Assembly: GCA_015064965.1 (NCBI GenBank)
Contig: SVRG01000001.1
Location: forward strand, 24,448 to 88,447
Source of the DNA: Oscillospiraceae bacterium
GTDB taxonomy: Bacteria > Bacillota > Clostridia > Oscillospirales > CAG-272
Reading direction: 5' to 3'
Length of the DNA stretch: 64,000 nucleotides
Position numbers and translations under genes: made by a program. Under the pieces are notes generated by a model. That model was not told where the DNA came from. It did no database searches and saw nothing but the letters and a program-made list of their open reading frames with translations. Within the stretch, counting starts at the first letter, position 1. The number at the start of each line of letters is the position of its first letter. Positions 8,499 through 16,790 of this stretch are shown here, in pieces.

Positions 8499-8527
8499 AT
8501 TCTAACATGACAATATTTTCTTGTCAA
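8499..8527 (-). promoter_or_regulatory. Sigma-A promoter driving the riboswitch/ATPase transcript
   Basis: Minus strand TTGACA-17 nt-TAGAAT, about 20 nt upstream of the aptamer. Confidence 0.65.
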
Positions 8528-8534
8528 GTGAATT

Positions 8535-9680
8535 TTATGCGACAAGTTTGTTAAGTCTTTCGCTCATTATTATCATAAGGCAGGCAAACAGGGCAAGATA
8601 AAGCGGATAAATTGCCATCGGCAAAAGTTCTGTTAGCGCGCCGAAAAGCGGCGGCATGAGTGCAGAACCCGTGTACGCGCTTGCCATTTGTAAGCCGATG
8701 ATTTTTTGGGAGTTTTCTTCTCCAAAAGTGTGCGGAGTGGAATGGATGACCGACGGATATATCGGTGCGCAGCCAATTCCGACAATGCAAAGTCCGATTT
8801 TTGCACAAAGCTCCATCGGCAAAGCAAGGCACAAAATGCCTGCACCTATCACTGAAAGTCCCACTCTTATAAGGGTTTTGTCGCCGAGGCGGTCTGCCAC
8901 AAATCCGCACAGAAATCTGCCAAAGGTGATTCCCATATAGAAAAGCGCGGCAAAACGTGCGGCAACTGCCGCATCAATTCCCCTCACCTCCACAAGATAA
9001 CTGCTTGCCCAAAGCCCTGCAGTGCTTTCAAGCGCGCAATATCCGAAAAAGGTAATGAGTACAGAGACAACGCCCTTGATTTTAAAAACATTCTTCTCGC
9101 GCGGTCTTTTCTTTGTCTTTTCTCCTGCGCTTTCGCTCTTTTTCCACAGTCCAAGCGACAAAAACAAAAATGCAGTAAGTGAAAACTGAATAACCGATAC
9201 ACTAAAGTATCCCCCCTGCCAACCGCGAGCAGTGCCAAGCGCAAAGCTCATGATATACGGGCTTATACTTGCACCGACTCCCCACATACAGTGAAGCCAG
9301 CTCATGTGGCGCGCCGAGTAATGAATTGCAACATAGTTGTTGAGCGCCGCGTCTATTGCGCCTGCGCCGATGCCGTAAGGCACGGCAAATATGCAAAGCA
9401 TGAAAAACTTGTCAGAAAGCGAAAAGCCAAGCAGAGCAGCTGCCGTAAGCAATGTGCTGCCCGCTGTGACAAGTCCTGTGCCAAAACGTCGGGTTACGCG
9501 GTCGGACAAAAGACTTGATACAATCGTGCCGCCGGTAATAATGGCAGAAACGATTCCCGCATACGAAAGCGGTACAGAAAGTGCGGTGTGAAGCGTGGGC
9601 CATGCCGAGCCAAGCAATGAGTCCGGCAAGCCAAGACTGATAAAAGCTATATAAATTATTGAAATTAATAATGTTACCAT
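8535..9680 (-). CDS. MFS transporter
   Basis: 381 aa, about 11-12 hydrophobic helices, typical MFS loop motif (DRVTRRFG). Substrate unknown and SD weak. Confidence 0.75.
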   Translation of the reverse strand: MVTLLISIIYIAFISLGLPDSLLGSAWPTLHTALSVPLSYAGIVSAIITGGTIVSSLLSDRVTRRFGTGLVTAGSTLLTAAALLGFSLSDKFFMLCIFAVPYGIGAGAIDAALNNYVAIHYSARHMSWLHCMWGVGASISPYIMSFALGTARGWQGGYFSVSVIQFSLTAFLFLSLGLWKKSESAGEKTKKRPREKNVFKIKGVVSVLITFFGYCALESTAGLWASSYLVEVRGIDAAVAARFAALFYMGITFGRFLCGFVADRLGDKTLIRVGLSVIGAGILCLALPMELCAKIGLCIVGIGCAPIYPSVIHSTPHTFGEENSQKIIGLQMASAYTGSALMPPLFGALTELLPMAIYPLYLALFACLMIIMSERLNKLVA

Positions 9681-9729
9681 GACTGTGATGAAAAGTAAAG
9701 ATAAACCGGGACGTCCCTTTGGTCCGTCC

Positions 9730-10992
9730 TTATACCCTTTTGTAAATATCCTTGTATAAATAAAGCGAGCCCAGAATCAACAGCGGCAAGCCAAGCTCTT
9801 TAGCGCGCTTTTTTGCCGCGGCAAATGATTTTGCAATATCGTCACACGGAGTTGCGCAAACTCCGCGGTTTTCGTACACCGCCGCAAGCGAGGCGGCATC
9901 AAGTGCGCGAGGATTGTCCACCTTGAGTGTAAACACCTCTGCAACATGGGGCGCGATTATGTCCACCATATCATCATACGCCTTGTCTGCCATAACGCCT
10001 GTGAGCAGAACAACCTTTTCACCGCCGAAAACGCGCGCCGCAGTGGCAATTGCCGCGCGGACACCCTCTTCATTGTGGCCGCCGTCAAAAACCGTAACAG
10101 GGTCACGCGAAAGAAGCTCAAACCGCGCAGGCCATTTTGCGCTCGCAATTCCGCGGTAAAGCGCGTCGCGGCTGATTTTGAGTCCGCGTGTGTTGAGCAC
10201 GCGCACTGCCTCGCAAACAAGTGCAATATTAAGCGGCTGATATCCGCCGATGAGCGATGTTTTTATATCCTTGTACTCGCCGTAGTTCATCACGATTCCG
10301 TCAAGCGTGTCCGACAAAACCTCTATTTTGTCGGGGCAAACCTCGCTAACAGACGAGTTTTTCTCTTTTGCTTCCTTTGCAATGACCTCCGCAGCCTCTT
10401 TTTTGAGACGTGCGGTGACGGTGGGGCAATTCTGCTTTATGATTCCTGCCTTTTCCCATGCGATTTTTGAAAGGCTGTCGCCGAGAAGCTGCATATGGTC
10501 AAACGCGATGCCGGTAATGAGCGCTGCAAGCGGTGCCTCAATGATATTTGTCGAGTCAAAACGGCCGCCCATGCCAACCTCAAGCACCACCACATCAACC
10601 TTTTTACGCTTGAAAATCTCAAAACCAATGGCGCTGATAAGCTCAAATTCGGTTGGCTTGTCCACCATTGCATCTGCATGCGGCTTGACCGCGGATGTTG
10701 CAGCAGCGAGCATATAATTTGAAACGGGTTTGCCGTTTATCGCAATGCGCTCATTGAATGTGCGTACATAGGGCGAAGTGAAAGTGCCAACGCTGTAGCC
10801 CGCCGCCATAAGCACCGAGGTGAGGTATGCCGAAGTGCTTCCCTTGCCGTTGGTGCCGCCAATGTGGATAAACCGCAGCCCTTTCTCCGGATTGCCCATG
10901 CGGCGCGAAAGCTCCTCTATACGCGAAAGCCCCGGTATACTGCCGCGCCATGTGACCGAGTGTATATATTCCAAAGCCTCAGTATAATTCAT
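9730..10992 (-). CDS. folC: Bifunctional folylpolyglutamate synthase / dihydrofolate synthase
   Basis: 420 aa, Mur-ligase P-loop HIGGTNGKGST, FolC-type domains. The start overlaps the folT stop (TAATG). Confidence 0.9.
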   Translation of the reverse strand: MNYTEALEYIHSVTWRGSIPGLSRIEELSRRMGNPEKGLRFIHIGGTNGKGSTSAYLTSVLMAAGYSVGTFTSPYVRTFNERIAINGKPVSNYMLAAATSAVKPHADAMVDKPTEFELISAIGFEIFKRKKVDVVVLEVGMGGRFDSTNIIEAPLAALITGIAFDHMQLLGDSLSKIAWEKAGIIKQNCPTVTARLKKEAAEVIAKEAKEKNSSVSEVCPDKIEVLSDTLDGIVMNYGEYKDIKTSLIGGYQPLNIALVCEAVRVLNTRGLKISRDALYRGIASAKWPARFELLSRDPVTVFDGGHNEEGVRAAIATAARVFGGEKVVLLTGVMADKAYDDMVDIIAPHVAEVFTLKVDNPRALDAASLAAVYENRGVCATPCDDIAKSFAAAKKRAKELGLPLLILGSLYLYKDIYKRV

Positions 10993-11486
10993 TATAACAA
11001 CTCCCTTAGTCCGCGGTGATTGATAAAAAATCGAATAAGCATATATTCAAGCGTGCCGACGATCAGATATGTGGGCAGGCGAAGCGCAAGCACCGGAAGC
11101 GGCGTTGCAAAATACAGATAAAGACCTGCACTCTTTATCACAACCGAGCCAACGGTGTGTGCGGCGACAACAGAAAGCCAAAGTTTCGACTTTGCCGCAA
11201 TACCGTGTTTGCCGAAAAGCCCTGACAAAAATCCTATCGCGGCGGCGCCGAATGTGATAATGGGATTTATCGCGTATCCCACAAGCATACATCCGACAAG
11301 GTCTGCTACTGTGCCGCAAAGCGCACCGCACAACGGACCGTACAGATATCCTGCAAGAATAATTGTAAGGTTTTCAAAGCTGATTCTTATAGAATCGCCA
11401 ACAGGTATTTGCAAATACTTGCCGAGAACAAGGCTTATCGCCGAAAAAAGCGCAAGTCTGACTAATAATCTGGTATTGAATTTCAT
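10992..11486 (-). CDS. folT: Folate-family ECF transporter S component
   Basis: Start moved to MKFNTRLL (ATG 11484-11486, SD aggaga). The longer ORF-track form reads through the riboswitch. About 164 aa, 5-6 TM, THF riboswitch upstream and folC downstream. Confidence 0.8.
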   Translation of the reverse strand: MKFNTRLLVRLALFSAISLVLGKYLQIPVGDSIRISFENLTIILAGYLYGPLCGALCGTVADLVGCMLVGYAINPIITFGAAAIGFLSGLFGKHGIAAKSKLWLSVVAAHTVGSVVIKSAGLYLYFATPLPVLALRLPTYLIVGTLEYMLIRFFINHRGLRELL

Positions 11487-11530
11487 TTTTTTGAAGTCTC
11501 CTATTAAAAAATAGAGCCTTCCCGTTATTT

Positions 11531-11627
11531 CAGCGGGATGCGACATATGCACCGCGGCAAAATGCCTTCGTCCGCCTTGCAACTCCCCGTCAAGACGACA
11601 CTTCACGCGCATATGTCTACTCTGTGT
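11531..11627 (-). promoter_or_regulatory. THF (tetrahydrofolate) riboswitch, class I
   Basis: Minus strand AGAGUAGACAUAUGCGCGUGAAGUGUCGUCUUGACGGGGAGUUGCAAGGCGGACGAAGGCAUUUUGCCGCGGUGCAUAUGUCGCAUCCCGCUG. It follows block by block the E. siraeum THF aptamer as I remember it (AGAGUAG...CGCGU.AAGUGU...ACGAAG...GCGCGGUG...GCAUCCGCUC). Confidence 0.85.
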
Positions 11628-11661
11628 AAAAATCATTGTATATAGCCGTAGCTATACTCTG

Positions 11662-12603
11662 TCACTTCTCAAATCTTACGTCATTGCCGCAGAAAATGAG
11701 TGGCTTATATACTCCGAGCAAGCGGCTGAAAATTCTCTCGCCGTAGCGCTCGGAAAGTGCGCGCGCATCAAGATTTGTGCTGACTACAGTTGGATAGCCC
11801 TTGCAGATGCGCGTATCAATGACATTGTAAATAAACGACTCGGTGAAAGCACCCACGCCCTCTGTGCCAAGGTCGTCAATGATGAGCAGTTCTGCAGAAA
11901 AATATCTGTCAGTATCGCCCTCTCCCTTGAACTTGGCTCTCTCAAAATCGGAAACGAGATTGAGCGCCGAGGTGTAAAGCACATCGTAGCCGCGGTCAAT
12001 AACCGTTTTTGCGATCGCGCTTGAAAGGTGGGTTTTGCCAAGTCCTGTGCCGCCCATAAACAAAAGCGAGCCGCTCTTTGCATCAAAGTTTTGCGCATAA
12101 TTGCGGATGATATCAAAATTCTGCTCCATACGCGCACGGTCCTCGCCCTTGAAGTAGTCGAGCGAATAATTGTCAAAGCTCTGCTTGAAAATAAGCGCGC
12201 CAAGGCCGCTTGTTTCATAGCCTTTGAGCACAAGTGCGCGCTTGAAGCACTCGCACATTCTGCTCTCTACAAAACCGAGGTCCTTGCACTTTTCGCAATC
12301 GTATTTTACATCGCTGTAGTCCGCAGGATAACCTGCCGCACAAAGCAGTCTTGCCCTTGCCTCGCGCAAATATGCAGTATCACGCTTGATGCTCTCCATA
12401 CGTTTTGCAAGTTCTTCTTTGCCGCCAAGCGCCGCACCGAAAATGCGCGACGCGGTGGTAGCAAGCGCCGCGTCTATCTCGCCGACGCCTTCAACACGTG
12501 CCGCAAGCGCCGCCGCACGTGCCTCTGCCTCGGCGATTTTATCGAGATGCTTTTTTTCAAAAGCCTCGCGAAGTTCGTAGTAGTTTTTTGTGTTAAAACT
12601 CAT
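11662..12603 (-). CDS. dnaI: Helicase loader DnaI (DnaC/IstB-type AAA+ ATPase)
   Basis: 313 aa, N-terminal Cys cluster (CEKCKDLGFVESRMCEC), Walker A GGTGLGKTHL, Walker B LLIIDDLG. Paired with a DnaD-domain gene as in the B. subtilis dnaB-dnaI operon. Confidence 0.8.
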   Translation of the reverse strand: MSFNTKNYYELREAFEKKHLDKIAEAEARAAALAARVEGVGEIDAALATTASRIFGAALGGKEELAKRMESIKRDTAYLREARARLLCAAGYPADYSDVKYDCEKCKDLGFVESRMCECFKRALVLKGYETSGLGALIFKQSFDNYSLDYFKGEDRARMEQNFDIIRNYAQNFDAKSGSLLFMGGTGLGKTHLSSAIAKTVIDRGYDVLYTSALNLVSDFERAKFKGEGDTDRYFSAELLIIDDLGTEGVGAFTESFIYNVIDTRICKGYPTVVSTNLDARALSERYGERIFSRLLGVYKPLIFCGNDVRFEK

Positions 12604-13580
12604 TTTTTATCTCCGTTGTAGGAACGTTCAAGCGCCTTTGAAAGCGCATCGTCAACATTAAAGCTGCGTGCAGTGGCAGTGCCGGCACGAGTGGTTTTTG
12701 CCGCGGGTTTTGCCGCCTTTTTACCGATGTCCTGTGGCTTTTTCACACCGTCTGTGTGCCAGTTTTCAAGAATTTTATTTATGTAACTGAACGATGCCTT
12801 GCCGGTATTGTTAACGGTTATCTCATATGCCTCTTTCAGCATCTCGTCGCTGACTTTAAACTCGTCAAACCACCTTGCAAGAAACTCCATTTCCTTTTTG
12901 CTATAGTCCCTTGCACCCATGCCGAACATTGCACGGACTCTGCCTGCGCGACCGTCAAATCTTTCAAGCCACTGCAGCTTTTCTTCAAGTGCTGCGGCAG
13001 TGTCAATTCCGTTTGCTATATAATCATTTGCAACCTTGACAAGATAGCGGAGCGGCTTTTCGCGCTTTTTAACAAAATATCCGATAAGCGCAAGAATATA
13101 CTCCGTTGAAAGCATGAGGTTTGAATAAAGGTCGGCTACAACCTCGATATCCTTGGTATTGAAGATCCAACCGGCGGTTTGCTGTGCCATGTCGATGAGT
13201 GCCCTGAACTCGGCATTTTCCTCGGCTATCTCGCAAAGCTCGCTCGAGGAAAACGACACATTTGTCTTTTCGGGCAGTGCACGTCTGCGCGTAGGCTTTG
13301 TCTCCTCCTTTTTTACAGGAGCAGCCTCCTCTGCTTTTGCCGCGCGGGTGCGCTTAAGCACTCCTGCGCCGCACCAGAACTTCAGCGAAGATTTTACCTC
13401 CGCTTCGCTGATCAAAAGCTCGTCCGCCGCAAGGGCTGTGTCAAGCGTTTCTCCCTCGGCCTCAACTCCTGCCGCATAGATAAGCACACGCAAATCATTT
13501 GCATCAGCATCGGCAAGCGACGCCATGCATGAAGCCGGCAAAGAAATGGCACTTTCACCTTTTTTAAAATTCAATTTCAT
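12600..13580 (-). CDS. DnaD-domain replication initiation protein (B. subtilis DnaB/DnaD-like)
   Basis: 326 aa. Its position directly upstream of dnaI (4-nt overlap) and the C-terminal DnaD-like region (SFSYINKILENWHTDGVK) support the call. Confidence 0.65.
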   Translation of the reverse strand: MKLNFKKGESAISLPASCMASLADADANDLRVLIYAAGVEAEGETLDTALAADELLISEAEVKSSLKFWCGAGVLKRTRAAKAEEAAPVKKEETKPTRRRALPEKTNVSFSSSELCEIAEENAEFRALIDMAQQTAGWIFNTKDIEVVADLYSNLMLSTEYILALIGYFVKKREKPLRYLVKVANDYIANGIDTAAALEEKLQWLERFDGRAGRVRAMFGMGARDYSKKEMEFLARWFDEFKVSDEMLKEAYEITVNNTGKASFSYINKILENWHTDGVKKPQDIGKKAAKPAAKTTRAGTATARSFNVDDALSKALERSYNGDKK

Positions 13581-14234
13581 TTATTCTTCCTCGCCGCTGC
13601 TGTTTATTCGGTATGTAAGCTGCATAAGCGAGTCGCCGATATGTACATTTTGCACCACGGTGCCAAGCTCCTCAAAATCAAGCTCAACATTGGTAAAGTT
13701 CCATATGCCCTTTATTCCAAGAGCGGCAAGTCGCTCGGCTGTATCCTTTGCATATGCACGGGGCAAAGTGAGCACCGCTATATCTATACTGTTTTCTTTT
13801 ATGTATCCGTCAAGCTCGGATATATCGTAAATGTGAAGGTCCCCATACTCCTTGCCGACAAGCTCCTTTGAGTTGTCAAAAAGCGCAGAAATGGTAACAC
13901 CGCGCTTTGCAAACATCGGACTGCCGACAAGCGCAAGTCCGAGATGTCCTGCGCCGATGATAATTGCGCGATATCCCTTATCAACTCCTAAAATCTCGCT
14001 GATTTTGGTATAGAGGAACTTTACATTATAGCCGTATCCCTGCTGGCCGAAGCCGCCGAAGCAGTTGAGATCCTGACGAATCTGCGATGCGGTGACATTC
14101 ATCATCTTGGAAAGCTCGCTTGAGGAAATTCTCATTCTGCCTGCCTCAAGCAACTCGCGAAGATAACGGAAATATCTCGGAAGGCGTTTTATAACCGCCG
14201 AGGAAATCCTATAATTTGTATTCTTGTTTTCCAT
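13581..14234 (-). CDS. rex: Redox-sensing transcriptional repressor Rex
   Basis: 217 aa, N-terminal winged helix (RLPRYFRYLRELL, SSELS..MNVTASQIRQDL) and Rossmann GAGHLG motif. Confidence 0.92.
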   Translation of the reverse strand: MENKNTNYRISSAVIKRLPRYFRYLRELLEAGRMRISSSELSKMMNVTASQIRQDLNCFGGFGQQGYGYNVKFLYTKISEILGVDKGYRAIIIGAGHLGLALVGSPMFAKRGVTISALFDNSKELVGKEYGDLHIYDISELDGYIKENSIDIAVLTLPRAYAKDTAERLAALGIKGIWNFTNVELDFEELGTVVQNVHIGDSLMQLTYRINSSGEEE

Positions 14235-14283
14235 TGTTTTGTCCTTTCAAAAAAAGAAAGTGAAAGTATTAAACAAGCCGTCG

Positions 14284-14302
14284 GGGCGATTATTAATCGC
14301 CC
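14284..14302. repeat. 19-bp perfect palindrome GGGCGATTATTAATCGCCC, copy 1 (nearer rex)
   Basis: 9-1-9 palindrome, identical to 14332-14350, centres 48 bp apart in the tsaD-rex spacer. Confidence 0.9.
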
Positions 14303-14331
14303 GAAAAGCTACCGATAGATGTTTTACAAAC

Positions 14332-14350
14332 GGGCGATTATTAATCGCCC
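14332..14350. repeat. 19-bp perfect palindrome GGGCGATTATTAATCGCCC, copy 2 (12 nt after the tsaD stop)
   Basis: Identical to 14284-14302. Each copy is preceded on the plus strand by a similar aca(a)Rc(c)g context. Confidence 0.9.
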
Positions 14351-14361
14351 ATACAGATTTG

Positions 14362-15363
14362 CTACACAGCCGATGCGTTGAGGTCGGTGCCGTCTTTGGC
14401 GCCGTTTTGGTACTCATAATAGCCTTGAGCCGCAATCATTGCCGCATTATCTCCGCAAAGCGAAAGCGGAGGCAGGCAAAGACGTGCTTTTTTCTTTTCG
14501 CAAACCGCACTTGCAACCGCGCGCAGATGCGAGTTTGCACTCACTCCGCCTGCAAGCACCACTGTGTCAAGGCGGGTTAAATCAAGCGCTGCCGAAAGTT
14601 TTTTGTAAAATCCGTCGGCAATAACTCCGGTAAATGATGCCGCAAGGTCGGCGCGGTCAATCTCCTCGCCCTTTTGCGCTGCAGTGTTTATCAAATTGAG
14701 AGCCGCAGTCTTAAGTCCCGAAAATGAAAAATCAAGCGTGTCGCCGGCAAGGGCAGGAGAGGGCAGCTTGTATGCCTTTTTGTTACCCTCATGCGCAAGG
14801 CGGTCAAGCGTCGCTCCGCCGGGATAAGGAAGCCCTATCACTCTGCCGATTTTGTCAAATGCCTCACCGGCTGCATCATCGCGTGTGGAGCCGATCTCTT
14901 CAAATTCGGTATAGCTTTTCACCACATAAAACGAGGTGTGGCCGCCCGAAAGCACAACGCCTAAAAAAGGCGGCTTAAGGTCGGGATATTCAAGATACGC
15001 CGCCGCAATATGCCCCCTTACATGGTCAACTCCGACAAGCGGAATATTGTTTGCAAACGCGAGCGACTTGCCAAAATTTACACCTACAAGCAACGCGCCG
15101 ATAAGTCCGGGACGTGCGGTTACTGCGCACAGACCGATATCCGAGAGTTGCAACTTTGCCACGTCAAGTGCCTCGCGTGTGATGCGCGAAACAGCCTCAA
15201 TATGTGCGCGGCCTGCAATTTCCGGAACAACGCCGCCGTAAAGACGGTGAATATCTATCTGCGATGCAATTATGTTAGCCAATATGCGGCGCTCACCATG
15301 CGCCATTTCGACAATGGCGGCACTCGTTTCGTCGCAGGAACTTTCAAGTCCTAAAATATACAT
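14362..15363 (-). CDS. tsaD: tRNA N6-adenosine threonylcarbamoyltransferase
   Basis: 333 aa, MYILGLESSCDETSAAIV N-terminus and Kae1/TsaD family blocks (HIEAV, GGVSAN). Confidence 0.95.
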   Translation of the reverse strand: MYILGLESSCDETSAAIVEMAHGERRILANIIASQIDIHRLYGGVVPEIAGRAHIEAVSRITREALDVAKLQLSDIGLCAVTARPGLIGALLVGVNFGKSLAFANNIPLVGVDHVRGHIAAAYLEYPDLKPPFLGVVLSGGHTSFYVVKSYTEFEEIGSTRDDAAGEAFDKIGRVIGLPYPGGATLDRLAHEGNKKAYKLPSPALAGDTLDFSFSGLKTAALNLINTAAQKGEEIDRADLAASFTGVIADGFYKKLSAALDLTRLDTVVLAGGVSANSHLRAVASAVCEKKKARLCLPPLSLCGDNAAMIAAQGYYEYQNGAKDGTDLNASAV

Positions 15364-15366
15364 GAT

Positions 15367-15804
15367 TTATAAATCCTTTTTGTAGAGGATTGCATCCTCT
15401 GTGGGTAATTTGTAATAGTTTTTGCGCGAGCCGATGACAGAAAAGCCCGCCGAGGTATAAAGCTTTCGCGCAGCGCCGTTGCTTTCCCTCACCTCAAGAA
15501 AAATCACGTCGCTTTCGCCCGAAAGTGCATCAAAAAGCGCGCAAAGCAATTCGCGCCCCACTCCGCAACCGCGAAAACGCGGCTCCACTGCCACGGTCAG
15601 AATGTCGCTCTCACGCACGACCGTATATGCGGCGACATAGCCCGCGCACTCGCCGTCACAGGTTGCAACAAGCAAGACCTTGTCGGGAGAGCAAAGCATT
15701 TTTTCAAAATCCTCGCGCTTTTCGGGAATGGAGAAACTCTCCTTTTCAAGCGCAGCAATAAAATCGAGGTCGCTTTCTGCGGCACGTCTGACTTCAATTT
15801 TCAT
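15367..15804 (-). CDS. rimI: Ribosomal-protein-alanine N-acetyltransferase (GNAT)
   Basis: Start taken at MKIEVRRA (15804) rather than the longer ORF. GNAT motif A (RGCGVGRELL) and classic position next to tsaD. Confidence 0.8.
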   Translation of the reverse strand: MKIEVRRAAESDLDFIAALEKESFSIPEKREDFEKMLCSPDKVLLVATCDGECAGYVAAYTVVRESDILTVAVEPRFRGCGVGRELLCALFDALSGESDVIFLEVRESNGAARKLYTSAGFSVIGSRKNYYKLPTEDAILYKKDL

Positions 15805-16291
15805 CTTCAAAAATATATGGGAACACCGCCTTGATGCCCTCTTTGATATCGCCAAGGCAAGCGGTGTAATCATCAAGACTTCCTCCAAAGGGGTCCGCTA
15901 TGTCACCGAGCACACGGATTTTGCCTGCGTATTCGGGAAAGGCAAGCATTAGCGCATGTGCATGCGATGGGGAAATTGCAAAAACGCCGTCGCACCGCTC
16001 AAAATCCTCTTTTGAAAACTGCATTGCCCGATGGCTTAAATAATCGTTTCTGCCCTCGGACACAATGCCGGCAGCACTAAGCGCGGCGGCAGCATTTTCA
16101 CTTATCGGTGCGCCGGGCATGACCGCAATTCCACGGCTGAATGCAAAAATGCCGTAAGGTGCGCCGTAGTGGTTGAGCAGCGCCTCGCCCATCGGAGAGC
16201 GGCAGGTGTTGCCCGTGCAGACAAAGCAGTAAACACGGATATCCTTTGTCCGCGCATCCTTTATGTGAAAAGTAATTTCTTCTGTTTGCAA
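15794..16291 (-). CDS. Low-molecular-weight phosphatase, YwlE-like (possible protein-arginine phosphatase)
   Basis: P-loop VCTGNTCRSPMGEAL (CX5R-S). Probable TTG start at 16289-16291, 6 nt after SD aaggag, which overlaps the upstream stop codon. The longer ORF-track form would overlap the deaminase gene by more than 100 nt. Confidence 0.75.
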   Translation of the reverse strand: MQTEEITFHIKDARTKDIRVYCFVCTGNTCRSPMGEALLNHYGAPYGIFAFSRGIAVMPGAPISENAAAALSAAGIVSEGRNDYLSHRAMQFSKEDFERCDGVFAISPSHAHALMLAFPEYAGKIRVLGDIADPFGGSLDDYTACLGDIKEGIKAVFPYIFEDEN

Positions 16292-16301
16292 TGTTTGCTC
16301 C

Positions 16302-16790
16302 TTAATATCCAAGCATTGTGCCGAGGCTGTCGTCATTCTCAAGCCAATCGGCAACACGGATCTTGCGATAGTTTTCCTTTGTATCGCGGATAACCACCCA
16401 CTCAATGCCTGCATTGATAATCATGCGCTTGCACATCATGCAGTTGGAAGTATCGGGGAGGATCTCGCCGGTGAGCGGCGCGGTACAGCACATATAAAGT
16501 GTCGAACCGAGCATATCGGTGCGCGAGGCGGCGATGATCGCGTTTGCCTCGGAGTGAATCGAGCGGCAAAGCTCATATCTCTCGCCGCGCGGAATGCCAA
16601 GCTCCTCTCTGTGGCAGGAAGCAAGGTCGGTGCAGTTTTTGCGGCCGCGCGGTGCGCCGTTGTAGCCGGTGGAAACAATAACATCGTTTTTTACAATGAT
16701 CGAACCAAAGCGGCGGCGAAGGCAAGTTGCACGCTCGGAAACGGTCTGCGCTATATCGAGGTAATAATTCTCTTTTGAAACTCTATCCAT
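16302..16790 (-). CDS. comEB: Deoxycytidylate (dCMP) deaminase, ComEB-type
   Basis: 162 aa, zinc motifs HSEANAI and CMMCKRMIINAGI. Confidence 0.88.
   Translation of the reverse strand: MDRVSKENYYLDIAQTVSERATCLRRRFGSIIVKNDVIVSTGYNGAPRGRKNCTDLASCHREELGIPRGERYELCRSIHSEANAIIAASRTDMLGSTLYMCCTAPLTGEILPDTSNCMMCKRMIINAGIEWVVIRDTKENYRKIRVADWLENDDSLGTMLGY

Noticed and set aside
11487-11636. N-terminal 50-aa extension of the folT ORF
   Set aside because: The extension is the THF riboswitch aptamer. A good SD plus ATG at 11486 gives a canonical-length S component.
14224-14580. 118-aa and 62-aa ORFs spanning the tsaD-rex spacer (RLLIARKATDR...GRLLIAH)
   Set aside because: The repeated RLLIA peptide is merely the translation of the twin palindromes. 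The ORFs overlap tsaD antisense and lack an SD.
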